Part shown: positions 16,100 through 29,351 of the stretch, one piece after another | Layout: every line of letters begins with the position of its first letter | Position numbering within the stretch: position 1 is the first letter of the stretch | Origin: the human T2T-CHM13v2.0 reference genome, Homo sapiens | Assembly: GCF_009914755.1 (NCBI RefSeq) | Contig: NC_060928.1 | Strand: one strand, 5' to 3' | DNA length: 64,000 bases | Notes under the pieces: generated by a model | What the model saw: only the letters and a program-made list of their open reading frames with translations | What the model was told of the DNA's origin: nothing | Database searches by the model: none | Translations under genes and position numbers: made by a program

Positions 16100-16425
16100 T
16101 GTCCTCTTAGTCCGTTCAGGCTGCTATAACAAAATGCCATAAACTAGGAGGCTTACAAACAACAGGAATTCATTTCTCACAGTTCTGGAAGCTGAGAAGT
16201 CCAAGATCGAGGTGCTACCAGATTCAGTGAAGGTCAATTTGTCACTGTGTCCTCAAATGATGGAAAGGAAGAACTCTGGTCTCTTCAGCCCCTTATAATA
16301 TAAAGGTCCATCCTCATGACCTAATCATGTTCAAAAGGCCCCACCTCCTAATACCATCACATGGGGGGTTAGGATTTCAACATATGAATTTTTGTGAGGG
16401 AGACACAAACATTTAGACCATAACA
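16100..16425 (-). mobile_element. MST/MLT1A-type MaLR solo LTR
   Basis: tcttagtccgttcaggctgctataacaaaa...aaacatttagaccataaca. Confidence 0.85.
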
Positions 16426-16838
16426 GATTTTATGTTTAAAAATTCAAAAATTTGCAGAAGGAAGTATGGATTTTATTTTGAGGTAGTAGATCACCTCCAT
16501 TAAGTAAAAATCTTTGTAAAATAAGTAATTCACTACCAAGTCCCCTACGTTTGTCTCATCAGTAAGAATGAGAATAATCAGTTATCGCTTCCCATAAACC
16601 CATTGTCTCATAAACCCTACAGCTTGGCCAGCCCCATAATTTAGCAAACTAAGGAGTCCATTTAATTTTGATAGTGTTATGGTTCATAACTAGTTCTAAA
16701 ACTAGAAGACTGGAGAAAGACACATGACTAGAAGGAAGTTCCATGAAGCTACTAAATATGGTAGAAATTGGTTATACCCTAAGGAGAACACAGAAACGCA
16801 GTAGCCAAAAAGCTCCTGTCTCTGAAAACATCTCATAA

Positions 16839-17189
<351 letters not shown>

Positions 17190-17490
17190 ACAGTCTGAAT
17201 CTCATAGAGGAAATATTTCTATCCAGAATAGGGCTTCTGGGACCTCTAACAACTTATGCAGCAAAATGTAGCCTCTCTAGACTGCAAGCCCACCCACACT
17301 AGTCAAAAAGTTAGCATCTGTCAGTTCTCTGCTGTCCATTCTGGGGAAGAATTATGCCACAGCAAATTCTTTTTTTAGTGTGCTCACCTTTTACATTATG
17401 AAAATGGTTCAAGTTAATATAAGAAAATTTAGAATAGTAGAGAGAAGAATAAAAGAAATCACCTATAGTCCCACTATCCAGATAACCACT

Positions 17491-17629
17491 TTTTTTTTTT
17501 TTTTTTTTTTTTAGAGAAGGAATTTCACCATGTTGCTGAGGCTGGTCTTGAACTCCTGAGCTCAGGCAATGTGCCTGCCTCAGCCTCTCAAAGTTCTAGG
17601 ATTACAGGCGTGAGCCACTTAGCCTGGCC
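17491..17629 (-). mobile_element. Alu left monomer with its own poly(A)
   Basis: ~115-nt left arm plus long T tract; ~20-bp TSD ccactatccagataaccact / ccactacccagataactact. Confidence 0.9.
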
Positions 17630-17666
17630 TCCACTACCCAGATAACTACTATTAAACTTTTTAATA

Positions 17667-17901
17667 CAGGTTAAACATCCAAAATTCAAAAACCCAAAAT
17701 GCAAATGCTCCAAAATCTGAAACTTTTGAAGCACTGATGTGACACTCAAAGGAAATTCTCATTCTGAGTTTTTTGGATTTTGGATTTTTCAGTGATGCTC
17801 AGCGGGTAAGTATAATGCAAATATTCCAAAATTTAAAAAAGAAAAAATCCAAACTCCAAAACAGTTCCGATCCAAGCATTTGGATAAGGATATTCAGTCT
17901 G
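17667..17901. mobile_element. Tigger4a/MER46-type non-autonomous DNA transposon
   Basis: TA|caggttaaacatcc...ggatattcagtctg|TA terminal repeats with internal ccaaaatc/gattttgg repeats. Confidence 0.85.
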
Positions 17902-18265
17902 TAATAGGGTCCTTTCTGATCTTTCTTCCACGTATATAAAGTTTTGGTTTATTGGTTTTGTTTGTTTTATACATTGCAGTAGCTAGCCAAAATATTCACT
18001 TAGCATGCTTCTTTATTTTTTCACTTAAAATCATAACACACGTGTCCCCCTATGTGGTTATGTAAGCTTCCTAAACATTGTCTTGAATGGCTGCATAAAT
18101 TCCTAATCCTGCATCAGCTCCTCCCTGCAACCCCAGCCTTCCCAGTCCAGCTCCACCCAGAGTCAGCTGGTATGTGCTTAGAAAAGGCAAGCTCATTTTA
18201 TCATAAAACAGCCCTGTCCGGTAAGGAAAATCTGCTGCCCCCAAACTCCTAATGCATTTCATTAC

Positions 18266-18448
18266 CTTTGAATTATCAGTTTGGAATTATTCACATCACT
18301 GCCCTTAATTATCCACCTCACTGCCTTCTTCATTAGCATGGAGGGTGGATCCCTGGCTGGGCTGTATTCTCTTCAGAGCTTCAGTCACTTCTGATTAGTG
18401 AGTTGCTTAGAAAATGCCCTTAGCTCCAGCAGGCCACTGCCAGTTAGT
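18266..18448 (-). other. Candidate first exon of an unidentified minus-strand transcript
   Basis: Starts at CA 30 nt downstream of TATAAAT; ends at AAG|GTAATG; ATG at 18339 is open to the donor (MLMKKAVRWIIKGSDVNNSKLIIQ). Confidence 0.45.
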
Positions 18449-18580
18449 GTCCTGCACCGGCAAAGTGTTTCATTTATATTCTGTCTCTGGGTCAGCGAGG
18501 ATGCGATGGGTTAGTAGGGTGGGGGATGGGGGCAGTAAGGGACGGCCAGGCCTAGGGCTGCTCCCGCCCTTACCTTCCAC
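18440..18580 (-). promoter_or_regulatory. Candidate TATA-box core promoter with GC box
   Basis: TATAAAT on minus strand at 18472-18478; GGGCGGGAG at 18561-18569; repeat-free, locally GC-richer sequence. Confidence 0.45.
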
Positions 18581-18650
18581 CTCTCCTCCTTCTACTCTGT
18601 TCTCCTTTCCTCTCTTCCCTGCCCCCCGAGCTAGTTCCTGCTTATGCGTT

Positions 18651-18659
18651 CTCTCTCTC

Positions 18660-18703
<44 letters not shown>

Positions 18704-18726
18704 AATCTCTGTCCTCTCTCTCTCTC
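18651..18726. repeat. (CT)n microsatellite
   Basis: ~25 CT units followed by a degenerate extension. Confidence 0.97.
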
Positions 18727-19983
18727 CAGCTTTCCCCTCAGCAGAAGAAAATAGTTGGGCTCTGGAAGCTTAGAGTGTGAGACAAAAGCAACCTACAATC
18801 CTATAATACTTGTCATTCCTCCACCTCCCTGGCCCTCCTGCCACTCAAGATGGCCCTGAACAAAAGGCCCCAATCTGACCCCCAAGACAGGCCAAAGCGG
18901 ATTCAAAGCAGGGATTTGAATCCATTTAAGCTAAGCAAACCCGATGACCACAAACTGGCCACACTCAATTTACTAACCTCTAAGTCAAGCAGAAACCTGA
19001 GTTTTCTTTTCCTTCTTTTTTTTAATAGGAGTCAAGTAAACTGGTTTCTCAGATGTATAGACAGTATTTCTAAAGGCTTGAAGCAGGACATAAACACAGC
19101 CTCCAAAGTAAAACACAACCGTAACAACACTCTGCTATCATTCAGCATGAGTTCCTGTCAAAAGCACTTCCTTTAGAAATGATACACCTTTGCAAACTCT
19201 CTACCACTTAAAAGGAATCCCTGGTAGATAGACATGTTTTATTTTCTTAAACATTAGCCTGTAAATGCTATTGCTGAGTGTTGCTTTCTAAAAGGCTGGC
19301 AATCTCATAACCGATTGGTTTGGTTCCCATCTATTGCTCAAAAATATGTACGTGAAATATCCTGTCCCAGGACCAGGGCTTGTTGCTTACCAGCTGGGAC
19401 AGTCAGAGGCTGTTTGCTCCCCAGTCCCAAGGCGAACAGAGGCTCCTTGTCTGGAAGGAGCCAGCAGGAAGTGCCTGCTGCTCTAGTGTAAACGTGGACG
19501 TTCACTTAAGAAGTCAGGCTGTCTAGAGGATGAACGCTGATCAGACAGGATGGAATAATTAGGACAGAGAGCTCTGACAGTGACAAATAGGAAAGTTTGA
19601 GTCATATCTGAGCTGTAGGCTGCTTCTGGGGCCACCATTTGCCTAAAACTTCAGCAGGATTGTTTTAGGGAATTTAAAGAAGTGACTGATTTGTACAATA
19701 GAATATTTGATCTTCAGGAAAAATGTTCTCAACTTTTCTGAGTCACCACCTACTAATAGAAACTACTGAAAAACTGCTCAGTGGTCATTTCATAGACTAG
19801 CTTCCATTGATCCCACCAGCCAATGCACTTTTCCAATTGTCTCATTTATATATTTACATACTTGCTTATTCATTTTTGTAATGAGATATTTATTAAGTAT
19901 GAACTACATGCTAGGCATCTTAAGTGGGAAACAACTTGGGAAGATGCCCACTGGTCCTGGCAGAGCCTTGGCATTCTCTTATC

Positions 19984-20044
19984 CTCTCTCTCTCTCTCCC
20001 TTTCTCTCTCTCACACATGCACACACACAAACACACACACACAC
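19984..20044. repeat. Compound (CT)n(CA)n microsatellite
   Basis: Seen directly. Confidence 0.9.
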
Positions 20045-20054
20045 TATATGTTCT

Positions 20055-20320
20055 ATCACTTTATCAAGCGCTTACTAGGTAGCATGCATGCTGCCAAGTA
20101 CTTTATATACATTATCCTTTTATATACATTATCTTTTTTAATCCTCATGGCAACAATATGCAGTAGAAATTGTTTTCCTAATTTTCCCGTTGAGAAAATT
20201 CAAGTTCCGAGAGGTTACATAGTTTGCCCAAGATTACACAACTCACAGGTGGCAAAGTTAGGATGCAAAACAAAGTCTGACTGATTCCAAAGTCTGTGCT
20301 TTTTGATCCACTGCATGATA
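20055..20320 (-). mobile_element. MIR
   Basis: gagaggttacatagtttgcccaagattacacaact...tctgactgattccaaagtctgtgct. Confidence 0.8.
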
Positions 20321-20544
20321 ATGGCCTCTCTGTGCTCAGCAAACACAGGGTTGACCCCAGCAGCCAAAGATCTGGCTTCCAGTAATCTCCCACATGCTCA
20401 CAAGGTGCGCCTTGAAAAAGTGGACACAGGAGACAGTGGGAAAGGCCAAAGGTGTTGATACAAAACTTCTTCAGAAAAATCATATTTTCATGCCAGATCC
20501 TAGAAAGTTCAAACTGGAGGGGACCTTGAAATTTCTCTATGCTG

Positions 20545-21030
20545 AACAACCTCAGATTCACCAACAGAAGAATGGGCTACATCAAATGGTCTATTCATTT
20601 AATGGAACATTATGCAGAACAAACCAGAGCCACATGCATCAACATGAATTAACCTCAAAAACATGATAGGAAATTTTTAAAAGGTAAATTGAAGAACAAT
20701 GTGAATAGTCATAACACTCATTTCAAGTGTAAAAACCAGTAAAATGATGCTATACATTGTTTGTAAACAGGTATAGATATAACATAAAATGTACATGGGA
20801 ATGATAAACTCCAGAAATGATTAAAGGATAATGATTATTTCCAGGGGTGAAGGAAAGAGAATAAAGTTAGGGAGGGGGTTCAGAAGAGGCTTCAAAATTA
20901 TCTTCAAACATATAAAGAAGCAATCATGGAAAAGTAATAGGATATATTAGAGTGAGTGGTAGGTACAAATAGAATTGTTATATTATTCACTATGATTTTT
21001 TCAGCTGGAAATATTTCATAATTTTTAAAC
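20545..21030 (+). mobile_element. Ancient L1ME-type 3' end
   Basis: caacagaagaatgg...attcatttaatggaacattatgcag...catcaacatgaattaacctcaaaaacat. Confidence 0.6.
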
Positions 21031-22149
21031 TAGTTTTACAAGAAAAGAAACAGAGGTCCAGAGAGGTAAACTACTGGTCCAAGGTCACACAGCTAATGTT
21101 GGAGGTAGCATTAAAACACAGGCCTCCCATGTTCTCCGTGGCTTCTTCTCTGCTTTTCAGTACTTAGTGCACTCCCTGGGGTTCCTGATCAAGCTCCACA
21201 ATTTAAGAATTGTGAAGCCACTGCGTGTCAAATGGACTGGCCTGCTCTCTTCTCCATGATTCATGTTTCTGGGCTCCCAGTTCTCAGTCCCCATGACCTA
21301 AGAACTACAGACATTTTAATACCTGGCGACCTTGAAACAGGAAGTTCAGAGAACCAAAAGCCACTAGCCAAATGGGTAGAAGGATCATGAACCACAATTC
21401 TAACAGTTTGGTTAGCTGCTTCCCTAGATATTATAAACATCATTAGACATTTCCAACTAGAATACAGGAGAGGAGGAGAGAGGACAAACAGTTCCCAGAG
21501 ACAGGACAGCTGATAGGGACAACAGAGAAAGAAAAAATTTAAATAACAAATAAAAGACTTATAGTCCTGGCTGTTCAGAAGTGGCAATCAATTCATTAAA
21601 AATAACTTAAATTTAAAATGTTTGGGGGCTGTGGATCTCAAACCTGGGTGTGCAGGAGAATCACCTGAGATGCTTTTTCCAAAAACATTCCTATCTGAGT
21701 CCCATTCTACCAAATTTCACTCAATTGTGGTGAGACTGAGCTGAAGGAAAGTTCCAGCAATGTATACTCTTTTTTATTCATTTATTTGACAAATAAGTTA
21801 ACTGTAATGACTCCAAGTTATCTTGATCAGCAGCATTATTAGACATTAAGAATGACCAATTTAAGATTTGCGAATGATACACAAAATGGATTGGCCAGCC
21901 CTCTTATCCACAACCCATGAGTCTCAGCTTCTGGTTTTCAATCCTCTTGGCATAAAATCTACATACATTTCAAAGTCTGAAGTCCTGAAATGGAAGTTAA
22001 CAGGCATGAAGTTTCACTAGCGAAATAGCAAAAATCAAAAGCTATAGAACTTCTAAAACTATGAACGTGGACTATGAATTTCATAAACATTTTCCTGAGC
22101 CTATTAAGTTAAAAAGCATAATAATAATAATAATAATAATTGTTATTAT

Positions 22150-22350
22150 AATCAAAGTTGCCATTTGTTGAGCACCTCCTCTGTGTGCTAGTACCAAATA
22201 CTGTGCTAAACAGATAAGATTACACCCATGTTACAGGAGAGAAAGCTGAGGTCATCTAACTTGCACCAAAACACTTACTTAATAATGCTGGAGTTAGAAT
22301 TTTAGCTGTGCCTATCTGATACACAAATCTATATTTTGCCTGTTACATAG
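22150..22350 (-). mobile_element. MIR, preceded by (ATA)n
   Basis: ccatttgttgagcacc...cccatgttacaggagagaaagctgagg. Confidence 0.6.
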
Positions 22351-22379
22351 CAGCAATGCTCATTCATCACACCTAAACA

Positions 22380-22382
<3 letters not shown>

Positions 22383-22447
<65 letters not shown>

Positions 22448-22449
22448 CA
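22383..22449. repeat. Compound (CA)n(GA)n microsatellite
   Basis: Seen directly. Confidence 0.97.
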
Positions 22450-23046
22450 TAGACTGCTATCTTTCTTCTTGATCATCTTTTCCAGGTCAATTTCACTGAA
22501 TTTTTAAAATCCCAGAAAACAAGAGGTTCATTAAAGCTAGAAGAATAATACAAGGACACTTATTTTACTTTAAAAGGAAAAAAAAGTTCCTGAAAAAACT
22601 GTAAAATCAATTTCTGCAAAACAAGTTAAATTTTTCCATTTGTGATTCCAGAGATGTATGCTTACAAAATGTTTTGACCTCAAGAAAAACTATGTAGTTT
22701 AAAATTGAAACATCCTTCGTCTCTGATAGGGAGTGAGAAGCTTGCCCCCTGTCATTGAGAGACCATGCTCAGCCTGTCAAAATCTGAAGCATTCTTAACA
22801 TCCTATGTCCCACCCAACCCACCCCAGCTCCGCCCAGATCTGAAGGAGTCCTGGCACCTAAATCCATTTCTTCAACAAGGTGATTACCTATAGCCCTTGC
22901 TGGTTTACTCTAAGGAATAAAACAGCAGATCTGTCAAAGATGGAGGATATTTATGATGTTTCCAGTCCTTCAGGGTGTTGGAGTCACACTCTAGCCCAGA
23001 CCCCTTTCTTGCTGGAGTGGTATCTTTGTGCAGTTCTAGCACTCAC

Positions 23047-23152
23047 AGATCAATCCAGCATCCGGTTGACTGACAGAAAGTCAACTGCATGGATGTTCTA
23101 ATACAAATCACTTTCAGGACCTCAGGGGTTCTGCAGTCAGGGACTCTTCTCC
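23047..23152 (-). other. Candidate 106-nt internal exon
   Basis: Acceptor ctgattcatttgcttttcttctcag| and donor TCT|GTGAGT in unique sequence. Confidence 0.4.
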
Positions 23153-23306
23153 CTGAGAAGAAAAGCAAATGAATCAGACTTTTCTCCTTATGTTCAAATC
23201 CTTTAAAGTCAGCCTTGTACAGTGGGACGTTCTCTACCAAATAAAATATGAAATCTATAGACATGCTTTTGGGTTTTTAACATAAACTATTAAGAAACAA
23301 TTCCAA

Positions 23307-23501
23307 GGCTGGGTGCAGTGGCTCATGCCTGTAATCCCAACACTTTGGGAGGCCGAGGCTGGCAGATCACGAGGTCAGGAGTTCGAGACCAGCCTGGCCA
23401 ACATGGTGAAACCCCATCTCTACTAAAAAATACAAAAATTAGCCGGGCGTGTTGGCGCGTGCCTGTAGTCCCAAGCTGGGCAACAGAGCAAGACTCCATC
23501 T

Positions 23502-23535
<34 letters not shown>

Positions 23536-23541
23536 AAGAAA
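23307..23541 (+). mobile_element. AluSg-like with an ~80-bp deletion in the right arm
   Basis: gatcacgaggtcaggagttcg; tgtagtcccaag joins directly to ctgggcaacagagc; degenerate TSD aagaaacaattcc/aagaaacacatcc. Confidence 0.93.
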
Positions 23542-23981
23542 AAGAAACACATCCTTATACAAATAAAGGACACTTGCTTACACAAATAAAGGATCCTAAT
23601 TAGGTACTCTTATGTCATCTGAATAAAGTCGTCCTCTGATAAACAAAATTTTGAGTCTTCATTAAGTTGTAAAGTTGTATTAAAAGAAAATGTTCCCTGT
23701 ACTCCTCCATTGACCTTCCCTCAGCCCTGGAAGCACGCTGTGTCTGTCCAATCATAAGTATAGATGATAAATAAAATGCGACAGGGACCATAGAGATCTA
23801 GAAAATGATAGGTATTTAATAAGTGCTTTGTGATTGATTGATTGATTATTTGAATTCCACATTCTGCCTTCTTTGATTCCGCCTCTATGTTGGGTTTTTA
23901 TGGCATTTACATCTCCCACGACTGTGCACATCCCCAAGACACCCACTGTCCCTATCTCCTCGGTTATTGTGACTTGTCTAG

Positions 23982-24257
<276 letters not shown>

Positions 24258-25021
24258 CTAAATGCAGTTTGGTGAACCTGTTCATTTCTGAACCAGATAA
24301 TGAAGGAGTTAAAGACCAAAAAAAGCATTAAAAAAAAAATAACAAAAGCAACAATAATAAAAGTCTCCAGGAATAAGCAAGACTTCAACAAAACAGTCCA
24401 CTAACACTTGAAAGAGACAAGCAGGGTCTAACTCCACTCCCTCCCACCCCAGAATCACTGCAGCTTACAGTAGTCATTCAAAAGGACCACATGATCACTA
24501 ACATTGAACTGCAATGGTCTCTGGCTTTGTATACCCACCTCCTGTGGATATAACAGCATCCTCTTTGAACCAGCAAGGTACCAGTGTGGGTTTACTTCTG
24601 AGGCATACCCCTGGAAAAGTGCCTCCAATTCAGCCCTTGTGGTAGCCAGAGGGGAGAATCATTGCCTCCTCCACACTAAAGCCTGGTGAAGGCTCAGAAA
24701 AATGTGGAAACAGTTGCCAGATACCTGGAGCCGCGTGGTGACTGACAGCTAGGGAATTGCCAGGCTTTCATGGAAAGAGCCCCTTTGTTTTCATCAGCAT
24801 GATTGGAATTCTAACCTAGTGCAGACCTAGCCCCACAGACTCAGGATTTTAGTTAGAGGAGTAGAACCCAACCTGGTTCCTCCCCACCGGAATGTGTTTT
24901 GTAATCTGAGTGATTTGAGCACATGCACCCATTTTAAATTTTTCTGATGTTATTAAACAGAAAACTGAAAGATAATGTATATTTTTTAATTTTCTGGAAA
25001 ATGTGGAATAATAGAATAGAG

Positions 25022-25346
25022 CAGGGGTTGGCAAACTGTGGCCTGAGGTCAAAATCTGGCCTATGATGTGTTTTTATATGACCCATAAGCTATAAATGGT
25101 TTTCACATTTTTAAATAGTGGGGAAAAAAGTCAAAAAAAGAATAATATTTCACAATATGTGAAATTATATAATATTCAAATTTGTATTAATAATTAAAAT
25201 TGTATTGGAACACAATGCCCACTCACTATGTGTGATCTAACTACTTTTGCATTGCAATGGCAGAGCGGAATTGTTGCAACAGTCATCGTATGAACCACAA
25301 AGCACAAAATACTTGGCCATTTACAGAAAAAGTTTGCTGACCTCTG
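25022..25346 (+). mobile_element. MER58B-type hAT-Charlie element
   Basis: TIRs caggggttggcaaact / agtttgctgacctctg; 8-bp TSD gaatagag/gaataaag. Confidence 0.9.
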
Positions 25347-26854
25347 GAATAAAGAAAGGAAAAAAAATAATAAAACCCAAAGTTTGACTTTCCCAAAGCA
25401 ACATTATTTTCTACCTTTTTCCAGTTTGATTTCTACTGACAGAGAAGGCCTTGCATTATTTTAATTTGTGTTTTTTAAAAATAATATATTTCTCTTAAAA
25501 AGAATATAACCTAATCACTGTAGAAATGGAAAGTAGCATAAAAGAATAAAGAATGTAAGCATTGCCAATAATTAATCTCAACATGCAGAGAAACAAATGC
25601 TCACATTCTAGTATGTATCCTTTTAATCTTTTTATATGTATTTTTCCCAGCTTTTATAACATTTGGCTCATAATATTTTGTATTTTGCTTTTACTAAAAT
25701 TTAAATTATGAGCATTTCTTGCAAACTTTTTGATATTAAAATCAATTAAAGTAAAATGTTTCTCCCCATTCCTTGAATGATGCTGCTTTACTATTATTAT
25801 TATTTTACCACATCATATGGTCTTCTTTTTTTCAGAATTACCAGGAAAATAGTTAAAGCTAATTTCTGTGAGCTTAGAAATTTTGCAGTTTTTTCAAGTT
25901 ACCAGAACCTTTATGGTCTGCTCTGTACTTCTTTAAAGAAATATGACATTTTTTTTAATAAGCAAACCATTAAAAATACCTAGTGCCATAGTTCTCTAGG
26001 CTTTTGTTTTTTTCAATCTAACAGGAGAATGAGAAGCTTTCCAATTGGAGCTTTATTGGTTTCTATGTTATTAAGTATAATATTTCTGCATGTCTTGTTA
26101 TTAAGTATATTTCTGCATGTCTATAATATCTTCCCTGTATCTATGAAGAAATACTAATATGAAACATAATCACACTTGCAAAAATAGGCCAATTTCTTCT
26201 GCGAGATCAATTGTTGAAAAGCATTACTAATTACTAGAGGGGTCATTTTATTCTATTATCAAAGGGCATATATTGGAAATAAAAACTGTTTTGAAACCCC
26301 ACCTAGCAACAGGCTATGGTAACGCATAACTATTATATTTAACCCAATTTATTTCCTTAGGTTTCAGTGGCAAAGATTCAACATAAAAAGATTAAAGGAT
26401 TTGAGTGGTTGGCAGGGGAACCTATGCTTCCTTGTGCTAACTTTTCTTGCTATCACAAAAGGAGACTCCCAAAGCTGTTGTTGGAAACAAGCTACATTGA
26501 AAACTAATGCCTTCAGTTCCACACATGGCTTTTGTTCTATGCAGAAACTGGAGTTGTCTTTGTTTTACGTTACAACTTCTACTCTCCAGATGGAATTGAG
26601 GGACATTGAATCAATTTGAAAAACCAAAGTTTTTACTGTAAGTGATGCATGTCAAGGCACAGGACCTCACTGTGGATAACCAGAGTGTGGAGTTGAATTC
26701 ATTTTGGTTCCCTTAACTGCGCAGAGGGCAACAATTAAGTTTATTGTAGTAAGGACAAACTAGTGATTAGCTGTGATCTGTAAATCTTAGTTCACTGAAA
26801 CCCTAAAACCTTTAGGCTGTTTATTGCAATCACAGTGGTTTCCATCATCCAAAG

Positions 26855-26943
26855 AAAGAAGGGAAGCAAAGAAAAATGGGGAGAAGGAAGGAAGGGAGGG
26901 AGGGAAGGAGGGAGGGAAGAAGGGAGGGAGGAAGGGAGAGAGG
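26855..26943. repeat. Polypurine (GGAA/GGAG)n tract
   Basis: Seen directly. Confidence 0.9.
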
Positions 26944-27833
26944 TATATATGTTGGTATATAAGAGCTTTTATTAGCATCTTTCTGTGTTAATAATGGAAC
27001 CCTTGCAGCTGAGGAATTCTTTGATGATTTACAGCCAAGAAGAAGAGTATCAAACTCCTGTTGATTTAAAATATATGCCTGTTTTCAACTACCATGGGCT
27101 CTCTCTTTTTGCTGCCAGATATAGTGATGAAGTTACAGAGATAATTCTTTCCATGAGGAGGAATCAGGGCAAGAAAACACATCTTGAAATGCAGTGAGAA
27201 TCACCCCAGAACTCTGAGGTTGAACTGTGCTACATGTCAGTTTGCTCATCCACAAAGCAGGCAGATAATGCCACTCTGAGAAGGTGGGAGAGCTAAGGTG
27301 TTTGGCACACAGTAGGCCTTCAACAAACGATTTCTGACTTTGAGTAGATGGTATTCAGCAAATCTGTGGCTCCCTGAAACAAAAGAATGTCTTTCAGGCC
27401 ACACATAAGGAAAGAGCTGGTATTTTATAAGCCACAGCATGAATTACCTCTCAGAGAGGTTAAGGTAACTTCTGTTAATGGCAGATATTTTACAGGGTCT
27501 TTTTAAATGGATTGGCCACTTCATGGTGCAAATACATTCTTAACAAGTTTCTGAGACCTATGTACTTCTGGAAGGAAGAAGTGTCTTCTCATCTGACTTA
27601 GCACCTGCATTATTACCCAGCATCTGAAAGCAAATCCAGCAAAAAGAAAACAGGGCAATTGTAAAAATTGTTTTCTAATAATCATTCATTGCTAACTTCC
27701 ATCTAAATGTGACTGGCTCCCGGGGTGGACTGGACAGGGGCCAGGCTGCGGAGAATGGAAACAAAGGCTGGCATACTTCAGCCTGAAACTGGAGCGCTGG
27801 GTTTTGGAGATGAAAGGTAAGCCTTGGGCATAC

Positions 27834-27907
27834 CTGGGCAGCAAGAGATAAAGGCAAACTCTGCTCCTCATCTTCATCAGCCACCTCTATCCTTCATGAG
27901 CTGGTGG
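27834..27907 (-). other. Candidate 74-nt exon
   Basis: Acceptor ctcctttccccag| and donor CAG|GTATGC; motif evidence only. Confidence 0.3.
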
Positions 27908-28036
27908 CTGGGGAAAGGAGTCATAGCCACTGCCAACTCTTTTTCTCTTGGGGACTATGTGGAATGGACCTCTTGCTTTCCGTTATTGGTAGGTAATTTT
28001 TTGGTCGCTAAATTCTAACCACAAAGGCCTTTAGAG

Positions 28037-28254
28037 CAAGCTTGTCCAACCCGCAGCCTGTGGGCCACATGCGACCGAGGACGGCTTTGAATGCAGCCCA
28101 ACACAAATTTGTAAACTTTCTTAAAACATTATAAGATATTTTTGCAACTTGGTTTTTAGCTCATCAGCTATCATTAGTGTATTTTATGTGTGGCCCAAGA
28201 CAATTTTTCTTCTTCCAATGTGCCCCAAGGAACCCAAAATATTGGACACCTCTG
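28037..28254. mobile_element. MER30 (hAT-Charlie)
   Basis: gtccaacccgcagcc...ggctttgaatgcagcccaacacaaatt...attggacacctctg. Confidence 0.9.
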
Positions 28255-28379
28255 CTTGAGAAGTTTCAAACATGAGCCTACATAGAAAAGGAGTGACAAG
28301 CTTAGGGTCCTGGAATGCTGGGTAGATGGTTCTGGAAATGCTCCCAACCTCAGTAAACCAATAAGGATCACAGCTATCT

Positions 28380-29040
28380 CTGCTGAGTGTTTAGTAAGTA
28401 CTTTGAATATTTTCCTCTTTAATCACCACACCAACTCTATGAGGTAGACTTTTATTATCCCATGTTACAGGGGCAGAAACTGAGACACAGAAGTTAATTA
28501 ACTAACCCAAAGTCACTCATCAGATCCCACAGTGACAGAACGTCTGATTTTGGATTAGACACATGGCCCCTCGGAATAAAGACTACATTTTCCAGCTTCC
28601 CTTGCAGCCAGGTACAGACATGAGACTAAGATCTGGCCAATGGGATATGAAGTGAAATGGCATGGTATGGGTAACTTCCTGGACTTACCTTTAAGTAGAA
28701 AGTGCTCCCCCACCACCACTTTCCCCTCTTCCATACCACCACTTGGAATGTTGATGAAGAAATGAGGCATCTTGAACCTTACATTTGAAAACCTCGTCCT
28801 ATGGACAGTGCAACAAGATTAAGTTCCTGGACAGCCATGCAGTGTGGAGCAGCTCTCTCAGTCCTAGGCCACCTATCTCAGACTGTTAAGTAAAAAAAAA
28901 AAAATAGCTTTCTATCTTGTTCAAACCTCCATTATTTCAGGTTTCTTTTATGTAGCAACCTATATCCTAACCTGCTTCATAGCCAAGCTGGAGTTTAACC
29001 CAGTTTTGTCTAATTGCAAAGCCATGCTCTTATCTACCAC
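28380..29040. mobile_element. MIR (minus) interrupted by an LTR16-like LTR (plus, ~28525-28970)
   Basis: MIR cccatgttacaggggcagaaactgag...; LTR agactacattttccagcttcccttgcagcc...tatgtagcaacc; MIR resumes at ~28975. Confidence 0.65.
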
Positions 29041-29351
29041 ATGGTTATAGTTCTAGGTGCTATCATCAGAAGAACAGTATACATTCACAATGGAAGAAGT
29101 ATTCGTAATTCCTTCTTCCAAACATAAGACCACTCTTGACCAGTTTATTCTAAAGGATAATGGTGTCCCAATTAAAGGACCCTCTCAGTATGAAGCTCCT
29201 ATAAAATAAAGTTTGCATGGCATTCACAGGTATCAGTAGGGCTGGCTGATGGTCTTCTTGAACTGTTCATATTCATGGCTTCCATTAAACAAAAGATCTG
29301 AAGACCTTGCTTTTTTTTTCTCTTTTTTGATACAGTTGAAAGTAAGTAGAG

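Noticed and set aside
18414-18773. 119-aa ORF with SLSLSL run
   Set aside because: Translation of the CT microsatellite
24640-24660. CTCF-like motifs (also ~35188-35206)
   Set aside because: Only partial matches to the core; not distinguishable from chance
27675-27884. ORF 'MADEDEEQSLPLSLAAQ' as a protein N-terminus
   Set aside because: The start is GTG rather than ATG and no protein is recognised; kept only as an exon candidate
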